NCBI RefSeq assembly: GCF_000142905.1
Contig: NW_013657652.1
Location: 310,001-374,000, forward strand
Source: Thecamonas trahens ATCC 50062
Lineage: Eukaryota > Protista > Apusomonadida
DNA length: 64,000 nucleotides
Direction of reading: 5' to 3'
In this document: piece after piece, positions 46,948 through 58,846 of the stretch
How the letters are laid out: every line of letters begins with the position of its first letter
Numbering within the stretch: the first letter of the stretch is position 1
Notes under the pieces: generated by a model
The model's input: the letters and a program-made list of their open reading frames with translations, nothing else
What the model was told of the DNA's origin: nothing
Database searches by the model: none
Position numbers and translations under genes: made by a program

Positions 46948-48180
46948 TTACTGGCCAAGGGCGCGACGCTGGGCCTGCAGCTGGCGCATCATACGGTACT
47001 GGGCCTGGACCTGCGAGCGGACATGCTCGGGAGCGACCTTGCGCGAGGCCTTGGCAGCCTTCTTCGCTGCGCGCGAGCGCTCGCGCTTGGCGCGCTTAGC
47101 AGCTCGAGCTGACTCCTCCGACTCCATAGCTGCACGAGCAGCCTGGGTCTCGTTGTGGGTGGCGATGCGGAGAGCCTCGGCGGCTCGGCGCCGCTTGCGG
47201 GCCTGGCGCTGCGTCATCCGCTCCTCAGATGCCGCACCGAGCGCCGAGTTGACAATTGCGACGTTGCGGTGGACGGCCGAGTCCTCACTCTCGCGGGCCT
47301 CCGAGACCCGCGTCTTCCACTTGGTCGGGATGTTGAGCTTGGGAACGGTCTGCGCGTGCTCGCCAAAGGCAACATCGTCGACAAAGTCGTCAAAATCTTT
47401 GTCTGGGCCGTGGACCAGTTGCCGCCGCGCCTCGTTGAGCTCCTCAAGCTCGGCAACCTCGGCCTCCTCACGGGCGCTCAGCTGGAGATCGGCCTCATTA
47501 GTTCCGCGCAGGACAGACGCGGCCTCGGCTTCGGCCTGCTCCAGCGCCTTCTCTTCAGCCTTGCGGTACTTGTTCCGCCGTGCGCTCGCCTTCTCGGCCA
47601 CTTGCGCGTCCTTTTCGGCCCGTGCCTGCGCCTCGGCCGCCTTCTCGGCCTTCTTCTTGTCAAAGTACGCCTTGGTCTTCTGCTTCCGCTTCGTCGCCGC
47701 CTTGAACGCGGCGTAGAACAAGTTCTCGCGCGAGTAAGCATCATCCTTGCCACCCTTTCCGCCCTTTCCGTTGTCCTTGTCGCCCTTGCCGCCCTTGCCG
47801 CCCCTAGCCTTGCCCGCTCCACCGTCGCTGTCCGTGCGCGTTGTGCTTCCACCACCATTGTGTTCACGCTGTGCACGCATGAGGTTGCGCAGACTGCGCG
47901 GCAGTTGCTCCTCTATCCCCGGTCCCGTCATCGTTCCACACAATCCCCATAACCCTCTCCGCCGATGAGTCCCAAGCCCACCCGTTCTGACTACCATCCA
48001 TCTCCGCTGGCCATCCTGCCCCTCCCCCCCCCCGCCCCCCCTCCCCTCCCACCCCCCTCCCACACACCTTCCACTTCCCCACCACGTACCCTCTCTCTGG
48101 CTCGGAGGAGTCGGACCCTTGCGGGCGCTCTTGTACAGGTCAAACTTTTTGAGCTTGCGGTGCTTGGCGAGGCGGCCCAT
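46948..48180 (-). CDS. CCDC137-like basic nucleolar protein; join(48180..48090,47912..46948)
   Basis: EEQLPRSLRNLM, DDVAFGEHAQTVPKL, VQAQYRMMR; intron GTACGT...GACTCAT...TAG of 177 nt. Confidence 0.65.
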   Translation of the reverse strand: MGRLAKHRKLKKFDLYKSARKGPTPPSQREGTWWGSGRCVGGGWEGRGGGGGEGQDGQRRWMVVRTGGLGTHRRRGLWGLCGTMTGPGIEEQLPRSLRNLMRAQREHNGGGSTTRTDSDGGAGKARGGKGGKGDKDNGKGGKGGKDDAYSRENLFYAAFKAATKRKQKTKAYFDKKKAEKAAEAQARAEKDAQVAEKASARRNKYRKAEEKALEQAEAEAASVLRGTNEADLQLSAREEAEVAELEELNEARRQLVHGPDKDFDDFVDDVAFGEHAQTVPKLNIPTKWKTRVSEARESEDSAVHRNVAIVNSALGAASEERMTQRQARKRRRAAEALRIATHNETQAARAAMESEESARAAKRAKRERSRAAKKAAKASRKVAPEHVRSQVQAQYRMMRQLQAQRRALGQ

Positions 48181-48388
48181 GGTGACAAAAGTGGGTAGAG
48201 AGAGAGAGAGAGAGAGAGAGAGCAGGGTGCCACCCGCGCTTGCGCCTGTGAAGCCACCGAGTGACACCACCGATGATGGCCCAGTCCGACCCGAGCCCAT
48301 TCACCGCACCCCATTTGGGCCTGAACTGGGTAGCCTACCGGCCATCTCACACACCACGCACGCATAACCCCCTGCCCATTCCCACACC

Positions 48389-49774
48389 ATGGCCGACTTT
48401 ACACAAACACTGCCCGACGAACTCTGCGTCCACATTCTCTCCCATCTCGACGTGGCCTCGCTGGCGGCGGCGGCACAGACGTGCACCAACTGGAACCGCC
48501 TGGCAGCGGACAATAGCCCGTGGCGAGCGGCCACACATCGCGAGTTTCCGGGCGATCCGCTGGTTCCTGCGCTTGCGCCGCTGACAGCGGCGGTCGGATG
48601 GCGACACACCTACCGCGAAGTTGCCCGCATCCGCGCCAACTGGTCGGCCGGCCGCTGCGCGCTGCGGTTCCTCACGGGCCACACCGGCGGGGTGTGGGGC
48701 CTGGATCGCCTCACCGACTCGGGCCTCCTGGTCTCTGTCGGCTTTGACAACGTCGTCCGCCGGTGGGATCTGCGTGCCATGGCCGAGGTTGACGTCCTCC
48801 GCCGCCTCTCGGCCGGCCCGAATAACTTTCGTGCCGTCGGCGGCGATCTGGTTGTCGGCATCCACGACGGCGCCATCAACATCTGGGATCTGCCGTCTCG
48901 CTCGCTGCTGGCTTGCCTCCGCACGCCGTACACTAATTTGACAGCGATGCGGGCATGGCGGGCCAGCTCCGGCCTTCGCATTGCGCTCGGCACCTCGTCC
49001 GGCGATGTCCGCATCCTCCATGTTCCACTTGTCCACGGCACACCCGTGCTCGACGAGGCCGGCACCGCAAACTATGAGCTCGAGCTAGACGAGACGCCAC
49101 ACGAGGACGCGGTCCGCTCGCTCGCCGTCGCCGACGACGGATCGGCCATTGTGTCAGCCGGCAAGGACATTGCCATGTTCTCAGTCTCACCGCCGCGGCT
49201 CGTCCAGGCTTTTCCCGGCCATACTCCTCTCTCAGTTTCTGCCGTCACCTTTGACGCTACCACAGTTGTCTCTGGCTCGGGCGATCGGACGGTGCGGGTT
49301 TGGGACGTGGCGAGCGGGCTCGAGCTGGCTGTTCTTGAGGGCCATACTCGGACTGTGTCAGCTGTTGCCATGGCCGGGTCGCTCATCGCCTCTGGCTCCT
49401 CCGACGGCACCGTCCGGGTCTGGTCACGGCTCGACGGCACGCTCCTGCACACCCTCACGCTTCCGGATCCAGCAACCAACTCTGGTCTCGGCAACCCGCT
49501 CTCGCTGGCGTTTGACCCGACGTCGATCGTGGTCGGACTCCGGACCGGCTCGATTGCCGTCATTGACTTTGCCGCCGCCCACGACCTCGGCTCGCTCCCG
49601 ACTCCCTCGGCCAGGGCATCGGCCGTCGGCCGGCGCGACGAGTCGGCCGCGACCGATGCGCCGGCTATTGCTTGGGCAATGGCTCCGATCAAGGTCCCGA
49701 CATGGCTCTTTAGCCTCCTTCTTCTTGCTGCACTTTACGCTCTGCTCAGTGTTTGCGCGACTTTCGCCGGGTGA
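48389..49774 (+). CDS. F-box/WD40 protein with a C-terminal hydrophobic anchor
   Basis: F-box LPDELCVHILSHLD...W; WD repeats (SGSGDRTVRVWD); tail WLFSLLLLAALYALLSVCATFAG*. Confidence 0.88.
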   Translation: MADFTQTLPDELCVHILSHLDVASLAAAAQTCTNWNRLAADNSPWRAATHREFPGDPLVPALAPLTAAVGWRHTYREVARIRANWSAGRCALRFLTGHTGGVWGLDRLTDSGLLVSVGFDNVVRRWDLRAMAEVDVLRRLSAGPNNFRAVGGDLVVGIHDGAINIWDLPSRSLLACLRTPYTNLTAMRAWRASSGLRIALGTSSGDVRILHVPLVHGTPVLDEAGTANYELELDETPHEDAVRSLAVADDGSAIVSAGKDIAMFSVSPPRLVQAFPGHTPLSVSAVTFDATTVVSGSGDRTVRVWDVASGLELAVLEGHTRTVSAVAMAGSLIASGSSDGTVRVWSRLDGTLLHTLTLPDPATNSGLGNPLSLAFDPTSIVVGLRTGSIAVIDFAAAHDLGSLPTPSARASAVGRRDESAATDAPAIAWAMAPIKVPTWLFSLLLLAALYALLSVCATFAG

Positions 49775-52700
49775 GACCCCGGGACGAGCCCATTAGCGGC
49801 GAACTCGGTCCGCGCCGCTTTCGCCCAGCCGCGGCAGTGGCCGGGCGGGCCGCCGGACGACCGGCCGGTGAGCCAAACGGCGAGATCGAGCGCGGCCGCG
49901 AGACGGCTTCAAGCACGTCGGCAACGGACGGGCTCCGCGCTGGCTGGGCGGAAGCGGAGCCGGGCCGGGCCGAGCCCTGTCGGGTGCGACTCTGCGACGG
50001 CGAGGAGCCGGCGGCAAAGGCGAGGACCCGCTCACGGGCCTGGTCGTTGCGGGCCTGATCGCCCTGGGCCGGACTTGCGCGAGGCCCACTGGCGCGACTC
50101 GAGCTGGAACCACCGGCTGTCGTCGAGCCGGCAGGAGGAACGCCCGCGGCAGCACGAAGCGCACGCAGCTGCTTGACCAGATGCTTGTTCTCGCGGCGGA
50201 GGTCGTTGATCTCAACAATGAGAAAGTGATTTTCTTTGGCGCGGCGCGAGACCTCGCTGGTCTTGAGCGAGATGGTTGACTGCTGCTGCGAGCGCAGGCG
50301 CTCGATGGTCTGCTCCATGAACAGCCGCTGGCGGCCAAACTCCTCGAGGCGCGAGTCCTCGCCGGTAAAGTCGAGCGAGTCACGGGCCTCTTTGGAGACG
50401 TACGCCTCATACATGTGGCGAATGCCCTCGCGCCACTGCGATTGGTCGGCTTTGGTGTAGAGCTGGTGCAAGTCCTTCTCCATCGCCTCTTGGACTCGGA
50501 TGCGGGCCTTGAGGGCCCGGTGCATGTTTGCGGCGTCGCGTTGGACGATGGCCATCTTCTTGTCCTTCTCCTTGATGATGAGCGAGAGGTTGTCGACCTC
50601 TTTGACATTCCGCTGCAGCTCTTCGTCCATCGAGTTGAGCCGCTGCGCCATTTCGACGAGCGCCTGCTCCTTGGGCTCGAGCTGCTTGGTTAGCTCCTTG
50701 TTCTTAAAGTCGAGGACAAACTTGTACTTTTCGAGGTCCTGGTTGAGCTTCTTGGTCTCCAGGATGCGCATCTCCTTGTCGGCAATGATCTCGTCACGCT
50801 CGTGGACTGAGACCCGAAGGAGCGAGAGACGGCGCTCGAGCTCGGTAATTTCGCCGCGGAGCGTGTCAGCCCGCGTGTGGAGTCGTGCGTTCTCGGCCGC
50901 GAGCGCGTCGCGCTCCTTGACGGCGTCGGTGTACTGCATCTTGAGCAAGGCGCGGTCATCAGTGAGCTGGACCGTCTTCTCAGATGCAGCCGTCTTGATC
51001 ACCTCCTGCACCTTCTTCATCTCCATGACTTCGTCGTCGTGGTCCTCGGCGACCTGCCGCAAAATCTCGGCGTGCTCGAGGTCGTTGAGCTCGAGCTCCT
51101 CGACGAGCTTGTCAAACGCCGCGAGCTGCGTGGCCAGATTGGCCTCGTAGTCCTGTCGCATGCGGACCAGCACGGCCTTGTGCTCCTCCTCCAAGTGCAG
51201 ACTCTTGTCCTCGGCATCAGTGAGGGCCTCGTCGTACTCTTCGCGCACACGTGCCAACAGCTCTTTCTGTCGGGCCATTTCGCGCCCGTGCTTCTCCACC
51301 AGCGCCCGCAGCTCGCGGCCGTGTTCTTCCTCTTGCTTGCGCTTCTCGGCGTTGAACTGGCGGACTCGCGACTCGTGGATGGCCTGCAGCTCGGCATACA
51401 TCTCACGCTGGTCGAGCTCGCGCTTGCGCTCCTCCTGCAGCATGTTCGCGAGGTGCTGTTCGGCTTTGCGCGCCTCGGCCTGCAGCTGATACTCTGCAGC
51501 ATTCGCCGAGTCGGCAAGCCGCTTCTCGAGTGTGAAAACAGAGTTAAGAAGCTCTTGAAAGGCATTCGTCGTTGTGAGGAGAAGGTCGGAGAACCGCTCC
51601 GGCACAGGCAGCCGCCGTGGCCGGACCTTGCCGTCCACAACTGGACGGATGGCCGAGAGGAAGATGCAGCCTGTGGCGCCGACCGAGATGAGCAGGTTAT
51701 TGTCGGGGCTCACCACAAGCTTGTTCACGCCTCCGCTGTGAAGTTGCATGCTCACAGGATCCATCATCGAGTACGGTGCGTCAAATATACGGATCTTGCC
51801 GTCGCTCGACGCTCCAAACACCAGATGAGCAGTGAGTGACTCCTTAACCACCTCGCCCACAGCTGTCAGCGGCGTATCCAGTCGCTGGCCATGGAGCGCC
51901 AGCTCGGTGCTTGACCCATCGTGGACGACGTCGGCGTCGTCGCCGCGGGCAAGCTCATCCTGAAGCAAGGCCACCCCTCCACCTTCAAGCCGGGTCGTTC
52001 GCTCGTAGGTAAAGACTGAGGTAGCAAGTGAGGTCATGCCAAAGTGGCCCGGCCGGTGCTCGGAGACCACCCGCTGAGCGTCGCAGAGGCGGACAATGCG
52101 GTCGTTGCCGGTGACTACGACCTGTGTGGCGGCGATCGAGTTGCCAGCGCCCCATGTGCCATGCACCGCTAGGTCGGCGTCGGCGTCAGCGTCGGCCTCG
52201 CGGCGTGGGACGGTGCGCAGGGCCACAATGTCATGAAAGGCAACGTCCTTGAAAACCAGCGACGAGGCGACGCTTGCGCGGGTCATGGTCACCAGGTCCC
52301 AGTAGTAGATAGCGCCATCGCCGGCGGCAGATGCGAGCATCATGTCGTTGGCCAGAAAAGCCAGATTGGCCACCGGCCGGACATGACCATCAAGCTTGCC
52401 GACAAGGCTGAGCGTTGTCGACGAGAAGAGGAGGATGGTGGCACCTGAGGCAGCGGCAAAATACGCGCCATTGGTAGAAAAGCGGAGGACCTTGGCAAAC
52501 TTGACCTTGAACACGTGATCAACCCGAAAGCCCGAGGCAAGGACCGCGAGCATGGAGACGCCCTCGGAAAAAGCAACGAGGACGTGAAGGCCAAGAGGGT
52601 GAAAGGCCACAGCAAGCGGCTCGTCGCGGAACCGGATCGAGTTGGTGCACTGCATGTCGATGTAGTGCCAGACTCGGAGGGTGCGGTCGGCGCCTGCCGT

Positions 52701-53960
52701 AACCAGAAGCGGCTTGCGAATGGCGCAGTCGACGTCAAGGATGGCCCCCGAGTGAAAGCCCGAGGCGAGGAGTGCAAACGACGAGTCTTCCTCCTCGGGA
52801 CTCATCTCGGGCGACGAGAGGTCGAGGCCCGACATGGCGATGCAGAGCACTTGCGATGACGAGAGGACAACCGCCACCTCGGATCCTGTCGGCGAGACCG
52901 CCATCCACAGCGGCACGTCGTCATAGCGCGATGAGTCGAGCGAGCACACAAGCGACTTGCGAAGCTCGAGCTCGCCTGTCTCAAGGTTCTCCTCGTACAA
53001 CTTGAACGCCTTGGTCGTTGACGCAACAAGTACGCCGTTGCGGTACGGGACAACGGTTGAGATACCGGTGGGAAAGACGTCCGGTAGGAGGCGAGTCGCT
53101 TCACCGGCCTCGTACACTACCAACTCGCCGCGATCGTTGGCAACGCAGAACGCGTCGCCGTGGAACCACGCCGCATCGGTGTTGACCGCGCCTGGCGAGG
53201 CCTGTAGCGATGGCGTAACAACCGGGAGCAGCGAGTGCAGCTCGTCGTGAGCCAGCCGCCACAATCGCAAATACTGCCCGCCGACCACCAGCACCGTGTT
53301 GGTGTCAAACGGCGAGAACGCAACCCTGAGCACCGAAGTGTGCAGGTTGATCGAGGCGATGACCTTGGACTTTTCCACAGAAAGTACACCAGCTTGGACT
53401 CGGGCTCGGCACCAACCGCCACCAAGTAGCGCGAGTCGGAGGAGAACGCAAGCGTAGTGATGGCGTCCACATCAGGAACGCGGAGAACTCGCTCACGGCG
53501 GTTGGTCGACAAGTTGTACACCGAGATCTGCGCCCGCCCACCGGCGTCCAGCTCTGCCGCCGCCAGATGCTTACGATCCGGGGCAAGAGCAAGACATCCC
53601 ATCGTGCGGACGGCGTGATCGGTGGCCACAAACTCAACCGCAGCCCGATCGGCGACCACAACCCGCCGCCCGGCTGGGTATACCATCTTGTGCTCGTCAG
53701 CATACGCCAGGCATTGCCGCACTGCCGAGTTGATTCCGAATACATGGCTGTGTGGAGGGGGAGGAGGCGAGTACGCATCCGGAGGCGATGGATGAGAACC
53801 GATGGTGAGTTGCGCGTGGATGGGTTGGTGGATGAGGGCGGGAGGGGGAGGGGAGGGGGCGAGAGAGCATGGCCTTTCTCGGCCCAACGTACTACGGCTC
53901 CAGCTTGGCCAACACCGGCTCTGGCATGCCAACCACCCGCGCCCGTCGCTCTGCAGCCAT
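49746..53960 (-). CDS. CFAP57: Cilia- and flagella-associated protein 57 (WDR65); join(53960..53893,53747..49746) with a -1 break at ~53375
   Basis: YHVFGIN, FHSGAILDVDCAIRKPLLVTAGADRTLRVW, KKLNQDLEKYKFVLDFKNKEL..QLEPKE, ENHFLIVEINDLRRE. Confidence 0.92.
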
Positions 53961-54229
53961 GACTGGCGAGTGCAGTTGGGGTGGGGAGGGGTGGGTGAGG
54001 AAGGTGGGGAGGGTGGGGTGTGGCTGTGTCTGCTGTCGGCTGGTCGTTGGGTGGGCACGGGCGTTGGAGGCCGGCAGTTGGCGCCGCTTTGGCTGCTCCG
54101 CTCTGTGAGGAAAGGCAACCACACCCCACCCCCACACTCCACCCCCACACCCACCCGTATCCACTCGGAGAGCAAAACACACAAACCCTCTCTCTCTCTT
54201 TCTCTCTCTCTCTTTCTCGCACTGGTGCC

Positions 54230-57200
54230 ATGGCTGATGTATGGGTCGGACCACCTCCGGCCGGAGGGAAGCGCGGCGCAGGCGGGGCAAGAGCGGGCCG
54301 CCGACGCAACGGGGTCGGGCGGACAAAGGGCGCAACTGCTGCGCAACGATCGAAGAGTGGTCGTGGTGGAGCGAGAGCTGGAGTTGAGACCAAGCCTCGG
54401 ACTGACCCTGCCGCCGACGGCATCGACGACTCTGACGCTGGCAACGCCGTCGCAGATGATGCCGCTGCAGATGACGTCGCTGCAGCAGCGGCGGCTGCGG
54501 CGCTCGGCAATGACCAGGCTCAAGATGCCGTGCGGAACGCTGCCAATGGTGGCAGTGAGGGCGAGGGCGAGGGTGTGAGTGATGATGGGGGCTCGTTCAA
54601 CAGTTTCCAAACCGGTGACGATGAGGCTGTGAGCGACGTGGCCGAGTTCGGCGAGGCCGAGGCGCGGACGCGGCTCGCGTTTGCGATTGGGCCCGAGGCG
54701 ATGCGGGCCGACTCTGAGGAAGTGGCCAATCGATCGATGGCAGCCATCAACCTCAACTCGTTCTTGATGGGCTCTGCTGGGCCGTCTGTGGGTGATCTCG
54801 ATGCGTCGGGTGCGTCGCTCGCGCTCGACGGCGACGAGGGCCCGCGGGTGGTGGGCGGCAAGTTTCTGTCGTGGAAGCGGTCGTCGGCGCTGGGCGCCGG
54901 CGGTGAAGCTGATGATATGGTCGGCGTCATGCCTGCAATGGCTGGGCTCTCCAAGCAGACCCGGGTCCAACTGAGCCAGAGCCGCACGTGGCCGGTGGCG
55001 TACCGCAAGCACTCGCGCGAGGAGCAGATTGTCATGGGCTTTGTCGATAACTTTGACCGCCAGTTTGCGCAGCTCTATCCGCTGCGGCCGCGGCTCTTGC
55101 TCACGCCGCCGAACGAGTGCGAGGTGGAGAAGTTTGTGTGCTCAACATTGCGGCCGTCGCAGACGCCGTACGATGAGCTGTACTCGCTCGAGGGCGTTGC
55201 CTCCTTTGTCGCCGATCACTTTATCTACGAACCGTTGGCCGAGCCAACCAAGCTCCCGCAGCACCTTCCGTCGCCTGCCACGGTGCTCGAGTGGCAAGTT
55301 GGTGACTCGTTTGACCTTGCCATGGTGCTCACTTCGCTCCTTCTTGGCGTCGGCTACGACGCGTACGTTGTCTACGGCACCGCCGCATACTCGATCACGG
55401 TCAACGACACGTTTTCGGCGACTTGGCCCGGCCTCGGCCCAAAGCCGCCACCGCCTCCGGCGGCTGCTCCACCAACGACGCCCAAGTTTGTGGTCCAGAC
55501 CCGGCCGCGGCTGGTGTCCAAGTTTGAAGAGCGAATGGCAGCAAAGCGGGCGGCGGCCGCTGCAGCAGAGGTCGCTCCGCCGACGGTGGGTATGGCAGCC
55601 AGTGATGCAGAGTCGAGCGCTGGAGGCGAGTCTGAGACGCGCAACGGGCTCACATTTGAGGTCGGCTACGCGCAGCCACTGCGGCTGACGGCGTCCGACA
55701 AGAGCGATGCGCTGCGCGGGAAGCGGGTCCACGCATGGGTGCTTGTCAAAGCCGGCGCGCGCGGCGTGGCCCAAGACGTATTCATCGAGCCATCGCGCGG
55801 CCTTTTGCTTCCGCTCTCGACCCGGCTGTACCACTCGATCGAGGCTGTCTTTAACGACACCAACTTTTACGTCAATGTCCAGCCGGTGCCGCCACTTCAC
55901 AAGGGTCTTCCCTCTATTCGTGGGCTCTGTTTTGCGCTCGACTCGATGGCGGCGTGGGAGCCGGTGTTTGTGAGCGATGGGCACGAGACCGGTTTTGGGC
56001 CTGGCCGGAGCGGGATGGGTGGCGCAAGCGGCGCGGCGCTAGCGACTCAAGCCACGACAGCAAAGTCGGAGCTGAAGCGGCGAGTGGCGCAAGCTGCTCA
56101 GGACCACGTGCTGGCCAAGGCAGCCGGCATCGATGCGTTTGGTCCATCAGCACCGAGCCTCGACGATGTACACATCGAAGTAAGCGACGACCTGGCGCCG
56201 GATGGGACGCCGCTGCGTGCGCTGACGGCGCCGCCGACGTGGGTCCTGCCGCTGGCGCCAGAACGCAAGCGGTTTGAGGAGCGGTATCCAGGTGGCTACA
56301 AGGTGGCGCTCTACTCGCGGCTCCGTGTGGAGCAGTACGGGCCGTTCCTGCGGTCGGACGGCATGGTCGAGCGGCTGACGCACTTTGCTGATCGCGACTG
56401 CGAGATTGTCTTTCGGTGGACGAAAAGTTCCATGCGCGGCGCGACAGGATGATGGCGCGCGAGATGCATGTCCACGTCCCAGCTTCCGAGCATGTGACGG
56501 CGGCGTCGCTGGACTCAGCCGAATCGTTTGTGGAACACTTTGCACCGGGCCGCGAGCACGGCCTACGGACGCTGACGGTGAGTGGCGAGCCGGGCGTGTG
56601 TAGCATTGCGCGGACGACCGAGCGCAAAGCGCGGCGGATGCGGATCAAGGTGGCTAGGTACAAGATGGAGTTCTACGCCGAAGGCCGCGACTCGCACGAT
56701 GACCTGGTCACGCGCGAGGTGGCTGTTGGCTCGGCGATGACGGAGCGATTTGCTGCGGTCTCGTCGTCGGCGGTTCTCGGCGGCGAGCACGTGCTGCGGC
56801 GAGAGGCAAAGTTTGCCAGTAACCGGGTCGAGCTTCTCGCCACCCGCCCGCTCGAGGTACTCCCATCGGACGAGGCGCTGCTGGGCGTTGAGGAGACGCT
56901 GTCGCGGCGAGCCGAGATTGTCGACGCCGACGACGACGTGGCGCGACGGACGTTTGCAGTCGTGGCCGGCGAGATGACCGAGGTCTTTCACCTCATTAGC
57001 GGGCACATCTACCCGTCACGCATTGCGTATCGCAAGCACAAGTTTGCTGACTCGTTGCCGCTCGACAAGGACGAGCTTCCGCCGAAGCCAGCCGATGGTT
57101 ACTGTGAGCCGGAGCAGACGTCGGCGCGGCAGGCGGCAGCAGGACTCGGCTCGCACGAGCTGTACATCCGATACGTAGCGATGCTCCGTGCGGAACAAGC

Positions 57201-57885
57201 GGCGATCAAGGCCGTGCTCGGCGCTGCCGTCGAGACCAAGGCCATTCTGGCTGCGCGCGAGAAGGAGCGCGAGCGGACGCTGCTGATGATTTCGGTGTAC
57301 GACACGCTGCGGCGGCGGCGGGTCAACCGCGGGGCAGACTCGCTGGCGGCAGCGGCGGCACTGCGGGCGTCGGACGTACCGCCAGAGCTTGCCGACGACC
57401 CGTTCAGTGTCTTCTTCCATGGCAAGCTGCCGACGTCGGCGGCAGAGGCGCACGCGGTCAAGAACGAGGCCCTCGAGTTCCACCGCGACCGGATCATTTC
57501 GCAGGTCCTCATCATCGAGTCCAAGATGGCCCGCATTCGCCAGTTTCTCAAAGAGAAAGAGGCGACCATCATCCGCAACCAGGACCACACCACGCCCGAG
57601 CAGGTCGCGGCCTTTGCCGACGAAAAGGTTCGCCTCCAGTTCCGCCTCCGGGTCCTCAAGATGCGCAAGGACGGGATCCTCAAGACCTACCGTCGCAAGT
57701 TCAAGGTTGTCGCTCGCCAGCTCTGGGAACACCCGCTCCTCGCGCCGTGGCTCAAGCGCAAGGACGACAGCGATGCGCCCGATGGCGGCGAAGATGCGCC
57801 TAGCGAGAGCGGGGCGTCTGGCACCGGCGGTAGCGGCAACGCCGAGGCAGAGCCTGGCGCTGGCATCGCCAACAGTGGCGTTTAG
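54230..57885 (+). CDS. DRC7: Dynein regulatory complex subunit 7 (CCDC135); -1 break at ~56411-56416
   Basis: QFAQLYPLRPRLLLTPPNECEVEKFVCSTLRP, LLLGVGYDAYVVYG, RVHAWVLV, FIEPSRG, ISVYDT. Confidence 0.92.
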
Positions 57886-57924
57886 TGTGTGGACTTGAGG
57901 TGATAGGCCGGCACAGCATGCGGC

Positions 57925-58554
57925 TCACACTTCCTGCTTGCGGCGACGGCCCTTGTGGCGCCTGCGCGAGCGCTTGCGCGAGCTCTTGTGCGAGCTCTTG
58001 CGCGAGCTCTTGCGCGAGCCCTTGCGCCGTGATGCAGATCGGCGCTGGCGACCCGCTTCGTTGCGGGCCTCGAGGCGGGCGAACGGCTTGTAAAAGTACG
58101 AGCGAAAGCAACCGACGAGAAAGGTGACAATGGCCGCCATGGCGAGGACGGCGACAAAGACAGTGATGACCGAGATGAGGCCCACCTCGTCTTCGTCTAG
58201 CTTGCGCGGCTGCCTGGCAGGGCCGACGGGAGGCGGGTTCTGAACTCCAGTACGGGGCATGCAGGACAAGTAGAGTGAGTGATTGTACCGGATGCATGTG
58301 TTGTGGATATGGTTGTCGTACCGGCTGTGGTGGGGTGGCTGTGGTGGGGTGACTGTGGTGGGGTGGCTGTGGTGGGGTGGCTGTGGTGGGGTGGCGGGGT
58401 AGTGGTGCCCACGACAACTTGCTCCCACTGCGCCCTCCCCTCCTCCCACACACCCCCTACCCACCCCCTCATCACCCCCATCACCCCCCACCCCCCACCC
58501 CCACCCCCTTCCCTCCTCATTATCCCCATACTCCCCCCGTACCGGTGTAGACAT
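57925..58554 (-). CDS. Small single-pass membrane protein with a basic tail; join(58554..58543,58239..57925)
   Basis: ATG TCT ACA CCG|GTACGG...ACTCAC...TTCAG|AAC CCG; TM segment LISVITVFVAVLAMAAIVTFLVGCF; (SRKS)n tail. Confidence 0.6.
   Translation of the reverse strand: MSTPVRGEYGDNEEGRGWGWGVGGDGGDEGVGRGCVGGGEGAVGASCRGHHYPATPPQPPHHSHPTTVTPPQPPHHSRYDNHIHNTCIRYNHSLYLSCMPRTGVQNPPPVGPARQPRKLDEDEVGLISVITVFVAVLAMAAIVTFLVGCFRSYFYKPFARLEARNEAGRQRRSASRRKGSRKSSRKSSHKSSRKRSRRRHKGRRRKQEV
58323..58392. repeat. 14-bp minisatellite (GGCTGTGGTGGGGT) x5, intronic
   Basis: Read directly; one copy has a G>A change. Confidence 0.9.
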
Positions 58555-58846
58555 GGCCTGCCACTCCCACAACTGCAGAGAAGAATGCCACTCGGCAGCC
58601 ACCCCCCCCCCCCCCTCCCCCCTCCCCCCCTTCCCCCCTTCCCCCCCAACCAAACCACCAAACCCCAAACCCTCACCCGGCGGTGGAACAGCGGATGATC
58701 CCCGCCGTCAGCCACGGCCACACCGCTGACGACAGCACGTAAGCACTGGCTCAACCAATAACACCACCAGCGGCAAGTGGTACCACCTCACTCACTCACT
58801 CACCACCACCACACCACCACAGCACGCCATCGCTACCACACCACCC

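Noticed and set aside
54224-54237. RFX X-box-like GGTGCCATGGCTGA between CFAP57 and DRC7
   Set aside because: It is the Kozak context of the DRC7 ATG and only a partial match.
13010-57885. Frameshifted helicase, formin, CCDC17, CFAP57 and DRC7 as pseudogenes
   Set aside because: Motifs are intact on both sides of each break and there are no nonsense codons; single-base indels explain them.
1335-58542. Apparent excess of introns with lengths divisible by three
   Set aside because: Small sample, and intron lengths are unreliable because of long homopolymer runs.
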